NCBI RefSeq assembly: GCF_023055435.1
Contig: NW_025963868.1
Coordinates: 19,654,001 to 19,718,000 of the forward strand
DNA from: Haliotis rufescens
Taxonomy: Eukaryota
Direction of reading: 5' to 3'
DNA length: 64,000 nt
In this document: positions 1 through 11,654 of the stretch, in pieces
Layout of the letters: each line of letters begins with the position of its first letter
Numbering within the stretch: position 1 is the first letter of the stretch
The notes under the pieces: generated by a model
Databases searched by the model: none
What the model was told of the DNA's origin: nothing
Seen by the model: only the letters and a program-made list of their open reading frames with translations
Translations under genes and position numbers: made by a program

Positions 1-752
1 TAGTTCATTAAAAGAGTTTCAGACATAAAATGTTGGGCATTTTAAGGCAGTTTTACTCATATGACAGATGAGCACACACCAGAACCATTTCTGAGCTCCG
101 GGGGTTCAGCAGCTTTACACCGACAAGGGTAGTCGTTTGCCCTGCTGATGCAGCCGCAAATGTCATACCAGTACATAGACATATGTAGATAAAACATACG
201 TTTCTAAAATCTTACTTTGAGTGATGTTGATGCGATGATCTGTTTTTGAAAGATTTATATAACATTATTTTATATCTGTTGAACTCTAGGTGTAGTCATA
301 CATACGGACATTGTAGTTGAAGAGCGAAAGTTATGAGATTTGCACTCGAAGTAAAAACTATATTTTTGCACATTCTTAGGTCGGGTGACCCCTGACGGGA
401 TCGGGTGGTCAGACTCGCTGACTTGGTTGATACGTGTCATCGTATTCCAACTGCATAGATCGATGCTCATGATGTCAATCACTTGATTGTCTGGTTCAGA
501 CTCGATGATTTACAGACCGCCGTCATATAGCTGGAATATTGCTGAGTGCGGCGTTAAACAACAAACCAACCAACTCAGCCATTTGCTGTATACATGCTGT
601 ATATATGTTTATAACGAACTAGAGTTATAACAAACTAAAATTAGTGTCCCTCTTAGGTATGCTCAGAAATGGTTCTGGTGTATGCTTTTAAACTGCGTAA
701 TACTGCTTTAAAATACGCTACATTTTATGCCAGAAACACTTTTAATGAAGTA
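1..752. mobile_element. Foldback/MITE-like element with about 95-bp imperfect inverted arms
   Basis: 1-96 is the imperfect reverse complement of 661-752 (e.g. CACCAGAACCATTTCTGAGC). May extend left of the window. Confidence 0.65.
390..573 (+). mobile_element. Short retroposon (SINE-like family A), 5'-truncated copy
   Basis: Homologous to 15149-15401 and 34837-35094. Ends GCTGGAATATTGCTGAGTGCGGCGTTAAACAACAAACCAACC. Confidence 0.8.
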
Positions 753-1479
753 TTCCAACAACCCGTCATCTTCTACGATTTGGTCTTGTCTGCTACAACA
801 AGACTCCGCCAATACGTCGCATCCGCCGAAGAAGTTGTATGTTGATGGGTGTGACGTCGGTACATGAACGTCCTGTACACAGGGTTGTACCGGATGCACA
901 CTATTGCGTCGAATGCGCATACACACTGAGCAAGGATAAATAAAGACAGCACTGTGAGTCCCAAGAATTAAAGGCTCGCTGTCATTGCATCCATTTCAGT
1001 TGTGGCCATGATAGCAAGCACATACAATTTTATGACTATTGATCATTGTTTTCACTTAAACACTCATGTTGTTTCAAGCAGGGAAAACACGATCCATAAT
1101 CAGCATAAAGCTTTATGTTAGTTGTGTGTTCAGTAGTCACCCGAGAACTCCCGTTATCATCCCTTAGACCCTACAAATAATAACTGAGGGTACCCACGAC
1201 TCACAAATAGAAAGACCAGGTAAATCCCTGCCCTGGTGATGAAATGATGGTGTCTCATTGGACAATCGAAACTAGTACAATTGGTGGTTTTAAGGTATTT
1301 GACGGTACGATCCCGTGGCAGTGAACATATAACTGTACGTACATGGCTTCTTTCAGATCCAGAGACAGGTCCTGTCCGGACAATGATAAAAGGTCACGTT
1401 TTTCACAATATTAGTATTTCATTAGAATTAACCTGTCGTGACTGGGTAACTGATGTCTGTGTTGCTATGGTTTGCGCAG

Positions 1480-1578
1480 GATGTCCATGACGTCATCGCG
1501 AGGATACGAGGAAATGAAACAATACTGGGAGAAAAACAGAGCCCTGAGTCGTCCACTGTCTCCCTTCCTCACATACAA
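1480..1578 (+). CDS. SDHC: SDHC coding exon (equivalent to human exon 3)
   Basis: tttgcgcAG acceptor, GTAAGT donor. Translates MSMTSSRGYEEMKQYWEKNRALSRPLSPFLTYK, matching the SDHC EEMERFWNKN..NRPLSPH region. Phase 2/2 as in human exon 3. Upstream exons not identified. Confidence 0.9.
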
Positions 1579-1634
1579 GTAAGTTCATAATGCACGGTGC
1601 ATCGGGGTGTGGATGTGTAGGGGCGTTGTGACAA

Positions 1635-1900
1635 GGAGGGTCAGGGGCGGGGTGGGTAGGGGTCAGGTTACAAGACCTCAGGGGCGGGTATGGGAAGGGG
1701 TCAGGACATCAGGGGCGGGGGTGGGTAGGGGTCAGGACATCAGGGGCGGGATTGGGTAGGGGGTCAAGAAACGGGACAGGGGCAAGGATGGGTAGGGGGT
1801 CAGGACATCAAGGGCGGAGGTGGGGAGGGGATCAGGACATCAGGGAGTGGGTGGGTAGGGGTCAGGACACAGGACAACAGGAGCGGGGTTAGGTAGAGAT
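1635..1900 (+). repeat. Degenerate G-rich about 30-bp minisatellite (SDHC intron)
   Basis: Repeated GGGGTCAGGACATCAGGGGCGGGGTGGGTAGG-like units. Confidence 0.75.
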
Positions 1901-2031
1901 GGCATGGCTTGACACAGAGAACATCGGGGAGAATTTTCGTGATTGTAGATAACAAAGACTGCCAGTCAGCCAGTACTGTCACCATACACTGCTTAACTAC
2001 ATATACTCAGTGACTTTCTCCTCTGTTCCAG

Positions 2032-2093
2032 ACCGCACCTCGTGATGAGTATGTCTCTCACACACCGCATCACTGGAGTGTATCTGACTGTAG
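2032..2093 (+). CDS. SDHC: SDHC coding exon (equivalent to human exon 4)
   Basis: ctgttccAG acceptor, GTGAGT donor. 62 nt like human exon 4. Encodes PHLVMSMSLTHRITGVYLTV with the quinone-site S..HRxTG motif. Confidence 0.92.
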
Positions 2094-3107
2094 GTGAGTG
2101 TCACTGGAGTGTATCTGACTGTAGGTGAGTGTCACTGGAGCGTATCTGACTGTAGGTGAGTGTCACTGGAGTGTATCTGACAGTAGGTGAGTGTCACTGG
2201 AGTGTATCTGACTGTAGGTGAGTGTCACTGGAGTGTATCTGACTGTAGGTGAGTGTCACTGGAGTGTATCTGACTGTAGGTGAGTGTCACTGGAGTGTAT
2301 CGGACAGTAGGTTAGAGTCACTGGTGTGTATCTGACAGTAGGTGAGTATCACTGGAGTGTATCTGACAGTAGGTTAGAGTCACTGGTGTGTATCTGACCG
2401 TAGGTGAGTATCACTGGAGTGTATCTGACTGTAGGTGAGTCTCACTGGAGTGTATCGGACTGTAGGTGAGTGTCACTGGAGTGTATCTGACTGTAGGTGA
2501 GTGTCACTGGAGTTAATCTGGCTGTAGGTGAGTGTCACTGGAGTGTATCTGACTGTAGGTGAGAGTCACTGGAGTGTATCTGACTGTAGGTGAGTGTCAC
2601 TGGAGTGTATCTGACTGTAGGTGAGCGTCACTGGAGTGTATCTGACTGTAGGTGAGTGTCACTGGAGTGTATCTGACTAGGTGAGTGTCACTGGAGTGTA
2701 TCTGACTGTAGGTGAGAGTCACTGGAGTGTATCTGACTGTAGGTGAGTGTCACTAGAGTGTATCTGACTGTAGGTGAGTGTCACTGGAGTGTATCTGGCT
2801 GTAGGTGAGTGTCACTGGAGTGTATCTGACTGTAGGTGAGAGTCACTGGAGTGTATCTGACTGTAGGTGAGTGCCACTGGAGCGTATCTGACTAGGTGAG
2901 TGTCACTGGAGCGAATCTGACTGTAGGTGAGTGTCACTGGGGTGTATCTGACTGTAGGTGAGTGTCACTGGAGTGTATCTGACTGAAGGTGAGTGTCACT
3001 GGAGTGTATCTGACTGTAGGTGAGTGTCACTGGAGTGTATCTGACTGTAGGTGAGAGTCACTGGAGTGTATCTGACTAGGTGAGTGTCACTGGAGTGTAT
3101 CTGACTA
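2070..3107 (+). repeat. 31-bp minisatellite made of the SDHC exon end plus splice donor (about 34 copies)
   Basis: Unit TCACTGGAGTGTATCTGACTGTAG|GTGAGTG. Confidence 0.95.
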
Positions 3108-3321
3108 CCCCTACTCCCTGTCTGTCTGTCTGTCTGACTGTCTGTCTGACTTCACTGCGTTGTGTTACAGTTGTGTCCTGGGTCACTGTTCTGATGCTGT
3201 GTCTCCCAGAGAGCTACCCCTACTCCCTGTCTGTCTGTCTGTCTGACCTCACTGTGTTGTGTTACAGTTGTGTCCGGGGTCTCTGTCCTGATGCTGTGTC
3301 TCCCAGAGAGCTATCCCTACT
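3105..3321 (+). repeat. About 97-bp tandem duplication of the SDHC acceptor plus first 54 exon bases
   Basis: 3171-3224 copies 3268-3321 with 4 substitutions, each preceded by a (TCTG)n tract and GTTACAG. A remnant of a third copy starts at 3105. Confidence 0.9.
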
Positions 3322-3431
3322 ATCTACAGATGATCAAGGATTTGTCCCTGGGGCCAGCTATCCTCACCGGGATGAAGTACTCGCTAGCTCTGCCTGTCGC
3401 ATACCACTTTCTGAACGGAATCAGGCATTTG
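3268..3431 (+). CDS. SDHC: SDHC coding exon (equivalent to human exon 5)
   Basis: gttacAG acceptor, GTGAGT donor. 164 nt like human exon 5. Ends YHFLNGIRHL (heme-ligand His motif). Confidence 0.92.
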
Positions 3432-3597
3432 GTGAGTACTCATGGAAGACCGGGTTTGCCAAATTCAGATTTTAACATCGCGAAAGTAGTCCCATAAAGT
3501 TCAGGGTACACAATCAGCCGACCACAGCCTGAACGCAAGTCTGCCAACATGTTTCATCACATTGTCTGCAAACATTGGGGAGAAAAGGCAAACACTA

Positions 3598-3960
3598 GGT
3601 ATAACAAATGTTATATTTGGGATAACACTTTCTTAGTAAAGTACAGATTCCGGGATTCGAACACTGCCAGAGTGAGTCACCTAATCGCCATTACACAAAG
3701 TCAGCGATATAACCCACCACCGAAGCTTCCACAAAAATGAAAGTCCGATAACTGATTGTCTAGATCACGTATTTGTGTACCCCTCTGACAAGTGTCTTTC
3801 TTTCGGCCATGGGGGCCGTGCCAATTGACACTTGTCCTGGCGATTAGGTGCCTCACAATGGCAGTGTGAGTTCGAATCCCGGATGGGACTCAACCCAACA
3901 AAGTGCGAGAATCTGTACTTTACTAAGAAAGTGTTATTCCAAATACAACATTTGTTACAT
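3598..3960. mobile_element. Inverted-repeat element in last SDHC intron
   Basis: Arms at about 3598-3691 and 3838-3960 are reverse complements, including the B-box-like GTTCGAATCCCGG. Confidence 0.7.
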
Positions 3961-4388
3961 TTGACCACTTGCTAAATGGCATTGTGTGTTGGTAACAGTA
4001 GGTATCTGAAATATGTCAGATAAGCTACACTGCCATGTGTCTCTATTACTTACATCAGCTTGAAATAGACATGGACAACATTATGGTGTGAACGTCCCTC
4101 TCCTTCACTTACCATATTGACCGGAAAACCGTAAAACAATGCGTTACTCACAGATCACCTTTTTAATATCAAATACACACTTTGCTTAAGCATGACTTCA
4201 ATACTTTTTGGCGTTTAAGTAAGTGTGATCGTACAATCCGTTGTGCACACTGCAACTCCGCCAGGCCTAACGGGGGAAAGACTCGGAATGAAAACGGTAT
4301 CTAACGACGACTCATTAGTAATCTATATATACATTAAAATTATCTGACCTAATTCATGAAATTAAGAAATGTTACACTTCTGTTCCAG

Positions 4389-4496
4389 GCTTGGGATGCC
4401 GGTTATGGATTTGGAAAGAAAGACATGTATACCTCTGGATACCTCGTCTTAGCGCTGTCTCTCGCTATATCATCCATGATGGTGTTTATGCTTTGA
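4389..4496 (+). CDS. SDHC: SDHC terminal coding exon
   Basis: tgttccAG acceptor. AWDAGYGFGKKDMYTSGYLVLALSLAISSMMVFML then TGA at 4494-4496. Matches the WD.G.G and last transmembrane helix of SDHC. Confidence 0.92.
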   Translation, partial: AWDAGYGFGKKDMYTSGYLVLALSLAISSMMVFML

Positions 4497-5019
4497 TGTT
4501 GGCATTCCACGGCCTTCAGGCCTTCGTGACCAGTTGTCACTTATTTAGGTTACGTTAGTTCAACCACAAGGATGTTGCGACAAGCAGAACCAGGCATGAG
4601 CAAGAATGGAAAGACTGCATGTATTCAAACTGAAAACATTCACAAATACCATTCGTATTTAGTAACTGTCGTAAACAGAATACAATATGGTGACGCATCT
4701 TAAGGGTTAAAACGTCTTTCTATTAATACAGCCGGAATGACATGAGAAGATATCAAATAAGTGAGTAAAGTTATATAGAATGAGAGAATCTGGTTACGAT
4801 ATCAACAGTCTGCGCAATCGGGGTACGATGACACTCATTTCCCCAGGTCACATTATAACTCAGTGAATTATGGATGAGTTTACCGCCGCTTTATACAGTG
4901 TTTGGGTTTTATCACGGCGTGATGGGGAATGAAAGCCCGATGTGATGCAGGTCTTAGACGTTCAACACTTCAGTGAATCCAACGAGCACGCTGTTGGTGC
5001 TTAAAACCTAGAAACAATC

Positions 5020-5250
5020 ACGGTGAACCGGGATTCGAACCCACCATGTTAGGTTTCTAGCACGCATAAGGGACAGAACTCTGCACAGCGATTTGCCGCG
5101 CCTTTGATGTCGTGCCCCCTGCGATATATACTGCCTCTGTGGTCTAGTGGATAGAGAATCTGCCGGAGAATGGAGGTCGGTGGTTCGAATACCAGAATAC
5201 GTTAAAACATGGTACTCTTTGTTTCCCTGCCTGGCGTTCAGCATTAATCG
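5020..5250. mobile_element. Degraded tRNA-derived SINE fragments (both orientations)
   Basis: B-box GGTTCGAATCCCGG on the - strand at 5022-5045; A/B-box-like head on the + strand at 5133-5192. Confidence 0.45.
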
Positions 5251-6289
5251 GTTAAAACAAGGGACTTTGCTAGCACGATAAAACCGGCATTAGTCAGCAC
5301 AGGTACAAGCAAGCACGCACGCGCGTCGCTACATAAGTGCAATAATCTTGAACGCGACGTTAAACCACATTTTACCTCCCCGTCTAAATTTATGACACAG
5401 TGTAGAAGTGAAGTCTTTGGATTATAAAAAGAAATAGGTGCATGGGTCAAGAGGTCAACCGCGGACTTCTTGCAGCCAGAGGCTACATATGCTCTACTGG
5501 AAAAACATGTTTGCAGGAAACCATCTTGATAGCTTCACCCAGTGAAACTCCACGAGGTTTGTATTTTGTTTGCAATATCAATACATCATGACTTGGGAAT
5601 AGAGCCCTGGGCCCACTTGCACAAAGCGATCCTTGTGCTTAGACTATTGCTAGCCTATGTTAAAGTGTGGGAGTTACGATCACCTTAGCGCTAAGATCGA
5701 TTTGTGCAAGTAGGTGCTGGTGTTCTGCGTGTAGAACGAACGCTTTAGTTTACACTATGGGCTATCCTGTAACAGAGAGAAGAAAGGAAATCTACCAACT
5801 AGGAAACTGGAGAAAAAAAAAAGAGCGCATACGCTTGAAAATAAGACGACCAAAACATTAGAAACATTATCAAAACATCACCATGCTGAAACCAGTCGCC
5901 GAAACACTGCAGACTTGAGGTCCAGAACACAACCATGAAACACGTAGCAAATACATCACCATCGAATAACCATTTCTTCTTCGTTTCATTTGTAGCCACT
6001 ATCCATTGGGTGTATACTTTCTTTGGCCCGGCAATTATTACGTATATCCTCATGAACTTCCGTTGGTGCTTTGGAGACAGGAACTGACTATAATTATTAT
6101 TATAATGAATTACGCTGAAGCACATGATTACTGAAGCTTCCACAAACAGATCGATTTGTTTGTGAATTTCTACTCGGATACCAATACATGGTAACAAAAA
6201 GCGAGAGATGTTTAACCATCAATCAAGTGTTATAAGACGATGATAACATACATTATTAATACCACTGAAGAATATCACCGTCATGTGAG

Positions 6290-8390
6290 CCATTATCTTC
6301 ATAATTGTTGCTACCAGTTATTGCAGCAAAAGTTTGGTCTCAATATACAGCACAAGTAAAGTTGGGCTTCCAGAATGCAAGTAAACCCTATAAGAAACAG
6401 CAATGACTTGAGAAGTAAATTACAACACAAATTTGATTCTTTAAGCAAGAATGATTCGAAATCTTTTTGGAAACTGTTAAAACAAGGACATTCTGAAGAT
6501 AAGTTACCTCCGTTGGAAGAGATCTATGATCATTAAAAGGAAATGAATGAAGAGGATGATGATTTTGATAAACTTGTACATATAAATTTAAATGAATCCA
6601 ATAAGATTCTGGATTGACCTATCACAACTGAAGAGGTATTGAGACGTGTGGTATAGTTAATGTCATCAATGAATATATTATATGCTCTATATACAAAATG
6701 ATCAAAGTGTACGTATTAAAATGCTTGATACGGGATATTATCCTGCTAGTTCGTTGAAAGGGATTGTAAGACGCATCTATAAAAACAAAGTGACTACACT
6801 GATCCGAAACATTACAGATCCATTGCATTGGTGTGATTCATGAGTACGTTATTACTACGTTCTTAGATCTCATTCCTTGTCATACATTCCAACTGGATTT
6901 AGAAACTGCTAGTCAACATGCGACCACATATTTACACTTCATGGTATTGTCCGTTTGTTAAAGAACCGAAGAAAAAACTGTTTTGTGCTTTTATTGACTT
7001 TGTAAAGGCGTTTGATTGTGTATGGAGAGCTGGGTTATGGAATAAGCTAATTAAATATGAAATTACAGGTACATGTTTCAGAATAGTTCAATCTATGTAT
7101 GACAGTATTAAGCCATGCCTGTCATTCAAAGGCCATACTACATAAAATGTAAACTGCTTAAAAGGCTGAAGGCAAGGTGAAAATCTTGATACAATACTTC
7201 ACTTTCAATAACTGTGATGGGAATGTACTCGAAGATGACCGCGTAAATATCTACGTAAAGTAATTCCCTTTGCTCTATGCTGACGATACAGTGATGTTAA
7301 CTTGTTCTGAGGATGATCTGCAGAAAGGACAGGGTGTATTTACCGATTATTGCAATCGATGGAAACTAAAACTAAATTTTGAAAAATGTAAAGTATTCAA
7401 TACAAGAAAGTATTTATGTAAAAAGGTTACAAAAGACATATTTTTTATTCTGTCACGAACTAGGCATAATAATCTGACAATTAACTGCCAGCTCAAGCTA
7501 TCGTAACTTACGAATCAGAAATATAGGGTTTTGAAAACTTACATATGATTGAAAACATCAACTTAACGTTCATAAGAAAAATATTACCTGTTAGGAAAAG
7601 TACCATATGCTCTACGTATGCTATAAAGTAAAGTAGGAAGAAAGCCACTATGTATAGATATTTATACTAAAATTATCTCGAAGCTATCTGGTCTTATCTA
7701 TAACGTCCTTAATGGTATTTCAGAAGAAAAGACGAAAAAGTCAACCAAACAAATGGATGTCTTCCTTTATGAGTTTAATTAGGACAGGGCATAATCACAC
7801 GTGGACGGACTAAGTCTATCAACACAGTCATTGGCTTCATCATAAAAAAGAACACTCAGACCAATATATTCAAAAATTGAACTCTGACCGAGAAACATCA
7901 TGTAGAAGCAGATTCTGCAAGACAAGGTATGAAAATACTGACATTGAATTTTTTCTACAATATTTATCTAACAAAAGTAAACCAGTTTAGTTCAATTCAG
8001 ACTTTCTTGTCACCGCGTACCTGTTGAAAGAGGTAGATGCCAGAACATTCCTCTCATGGAAAGAAAATGTACATTATGTCCATCAAATGACCCTGCAGAT
8101 GAATACCATTATTTGTTTAACTGTGTGTATTTTAATGATTCAAGGTTTTTTATCTCCTTATTACATTAATCGGCCATCAGTTTTTAAAATGACCAAGTTA
8201 TTACAGCGTAAAAATGTATCTACTCTGGGGAAACTGTCTTATTTATGTCGCCACATTCTTTGTACATTTATACAGCACAACTGCTGTATATGGAAGAGAG
8301 AATGTTGTGCCGCCATGTCTATATTTTAGATTTCTATTAACTCCTCATGATGCTATGTTCATAGCCTTGAGTGAATAAAGTTCTGTTCTG
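6290..8390 (+). pseudogene. Degenerate non-LTR retrotransposon ORF2 (reverse transcriptase), RTE-X-like by inference
   Basis: Broken frames with LFCAFIDFVKAFDCVWRAGLWNKL, a RQGENL-like motif, LYADDT, a C-terminal CTLC...DEYHYLFNC motif and a 3' tail GAATAAAGTTCTGTTCTG. Many stops and frameshifts. Confidence 0.85.
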
Positions 8391-11379
8391 AATCGTCATC
8401 ATTGTGGACAATCAGATCTCACACTGTCGCCATCGCTCTGTCTTCCAGGACTTCAAACAACACTGTCCATCCGCAACATCGCTATTTATAGCGCAACCCT
8501 TAATACGCTCCGCCCACTGTAATCGAGTCTTACGTTCAAACACGATCGATTCTACTTTTTGTGATAAAACTACAGAAAATTTATAGTCTTATATCTGGGT
8601 ATGGAGCCATTTGTGGTATCCAAGGTTTGACATTCAAGTTGATAGGAAGTTTGACGGTCTTTGGTGATCTTGTTTACGTACGGTTTTCAAAAAGCTTCTC
8701 CCGACACTCGGTTATGTCAGTCACTCTTCGAAAACACCGCCACCTTGCGGGACATTTATACTTAGCCAGCGTGGGGCTTTAAAAAGATATATATACAGTC
8801 GTAGATATTTGACAGATTTAGTTTCATCGCCCTATTACCAATAAAAAGCTAGGTCATGATGGTATTTATTTACTTATCGACTGTCATTAATTTCTTCAGA
8901 TATCCCCAAGTGCTCAAACGGGCAGTTAATGTCAAAAACATTTTCAACGTGAATTATCAATCATTTCGTCTTGACATCAAAAGATGTCACTGAAGGGGCA
9001 TAACTCGTGAAGGACTGTTATATATTCATGCACACATAAAATATACTTTTCACGCGTTCTTGTATTGACGTGAGTGACTTGGGTTTAACGCTGCGTCACG
9101 GCGTTTCGGCGATCATAGGTTTCTGGCACGGCGCCTCAGACGATTTGGCCACCCTTGCCCCTTGAACTGACATTACCTCTGTGAAGATGGTCAATATTAT
9201 TATACTTGTGAAAATATGCTTAAGTCCCAAGCATAACGCTTTTGTTTATAACACGCCGGGATCATGCGTTCGCCCCCTCATCCATGCACGCGCTTGACAT
9301 GCGAGCAGTTTGTTAACATAAGTTTCGGATCAAAATCTTTCGGTCAGCAAAAACCTTTAAAGAGCCCGCATACGCCTGCCATGGTGCCAGCACGCTTCAC
9401 CGTCAAACAATTAACTGTCTTACTGTATCACAGGATGCTGCATCACCCAACATCATCGTCAAAGCTTGATCTTGTGTTCGAATCCGTTTTTCGCTCTGAT
9501 TGTGACGGTGTTGTACATTTACATAGTATAGTTGTATGTTATAAAAGGAAACCAGCATTATTAGTTTGGTGGTAAAAATAAAATTACGTCTGATCTCATT
9601 CATATTACGTGGAAACATATTTGAACAATGTTTATACTAAGTTGAAAGATGTATTCGTTTCTAATTTCCACCCATCAAAGAATGTAAATATGTTCTTTTA
9701 AATTATATTTTTATCGTTCGTTTAGTTGTAATATATGATCCGTGTTGGCGGTTAAAGCAGGGTTTGAGCTTTTGTTTGGGGGGCTAGTAGAATTTCCCTT
9801 CTCTTACATGACTTGTCATGGTTTTAGAGGGAGATAAATATCGCCATGTTGAAGTATCTAAATACATACATGTATTGACATCAGACTAAAATATATCTGA
9901 TTTTCTTTGATATACATCAAACAATGAACAAGAATAACAAACAAATGAGACGCTAATTGTTTCATTGATGAGAACTAAGGGTCATAGCTGGCGCGCTCAC
10001 GCCTCACTGATCACGAAGCTGTTTAGCGAGGATGGGCCCCGGCTTGAACCGATCCGAGAGACAATCGACTTTCCCCAACAAGCAAATCATAAATATAATT
10101 AACTCAGATTATATCGCGAGACACATCGACAACCAGAGACTTAATTACCCCTCTTTGTTCCGTACCCAGTAAAACACGCCTTCTGCTGACATGGGCGACT
10201 CCTCCAGTGCGGGTCGGGTTTGACACTGACACATGTGCCCGACCCCTTGTTGAGATTCTACCCGTCGTCGTCAAAAGGAACAACGTTATGGTAAAACTAT
10301 TCATTTAAAGTTTCGACATATTAGTAGTCTTCAAGAAAAGGTATGATCACTAAGGCCCACCCGCTCACTCTATGCATACACGCACGATCGGGATTGTCAG
10401 GGGTCTGGGTCCACGACGAACGTTTGCGTGCACTGTAAGGGAAGTAACTCTGCACAGCGAAGTGGTCCGCCCGTACATGACATCATGTTTTGGCTCATGC
10501 GGCTCGGCACGCAGAGGCCAGCGAGTTAAATTTAACGTCGCATCGGCATATTGCCACATAGCACTGGGCATAGAGGTTATAGTTCAATGATTATGACAAA
10601 GAAAATAGTATAGTATGCTTTTGTTCGTGAAAGAATATTTTACAACTCATAAGCTTGCGTATATTACCTTCCACACGTATATGTTCTGTTTCAACATGGA
10701 AGTGAGTAGGTCAGGTGAAATTAGCGACATTCCAGCCTCGTGACGACGCGGAGCATTGAGAATGGCTACCTTTTTGTTTGTGTCTGTTTAACGCCGCATT
10801 TAGCAATAGTTCAACTATATGACTGAAACTGATCGAGTCTGGACCAGACAAACCAGTGATTTATGTTATGATCTTGGAACGATGACTTACACTCACCCAT
10901 GTCACCAGGCCGGCTATCAACGACCATTGTAACCGGGAATCCTAATGCGGATTTCACCAATTATTGTCAACATATGATCTTAACATGACGAGTGAACGCT
11001 CTGGTAAACAAGGTTGCTGTGTCCGTCTCTTACATATATAAAGCAATATTTCACATATTTAAGTCAAAGCGGTATGTTAAGCCATGTGTTTGCGTTATCG
11101 GCATATTTTTTGGTATTATGTCAACACTTCGGTTCATATAGAGGTCAGAATCTGATCACGTGGTACACACGGGTTCATTTCAGTCACGATACGCCCGTCG
11201 TCAACACCTTGCAAGAGAGATGCACATTTCGAATGTAATCAGTTGTTTTGACGTACTTGCGTGAATCAATGACAAAACAATCTGTTGCTCTTTTCGTTCC
11301 AAACCGTTATTGCTGCACTTGACCGTTAGTCAGACAGTATTTACTCGCATGACATTGTTGTCGAATTAGTTTGTTTGTT

Positions 11380-11645
11380 TGTTTGTTTGTTTATTTATTT
11401 GATGTATAACTCCGCACTCATCAATATTCCAGCTATATGACGGCAGTCTGCAAATAATCAAGTTTGCAAAGGTGGATCCAGCATTTCCAAAAGGGAGGAG
11501 TCCAAAATATCAAAATCCTCTCTCAGATTATTTTACAGCCTCCAACATGGGGGGGGGGGGGGGGCTCCAGTGATTGACAGCATGATGACGTGAGGACCGG
11601 CAAAAATGCATGGGTTACTGAAGATCTGTTCTAGCCGACCGGATC
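11380..11645 (-). mobile_element. Interrupted SINE-like family A copy
   Basis: Reverse-complement tail (CAATATTCCAGCTATATGACGG after a (TTTG)n run) and reverse-complement head (ATGGGTTACTGAAGATC). A further fragment lies at about 10775-10910. Confidence 0.6.
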
Positions 11646-11654
11646 AGATTGTGA

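Noticed and set aside
1357-1392. Possible SDHC exon 2 (phase 2/2, 36 nt)
   Set aside because: Good acceptor but weak GTCACG donor, and the peptide is not presequence-like. Cannot be supported without transcripts.
5133-5200. tRNA-like sequence (also 49878-49945)
   Set aside because: No complete cloverleaf; followed by SINE body sequence, so treated as SINE heads.
5799-6197. 132-aa minus-strand ORF and other short ORFs in 4.5-16 kb
   Set aside because: No recognisable domains or consistent splice structure; interspersed with transposon debris.
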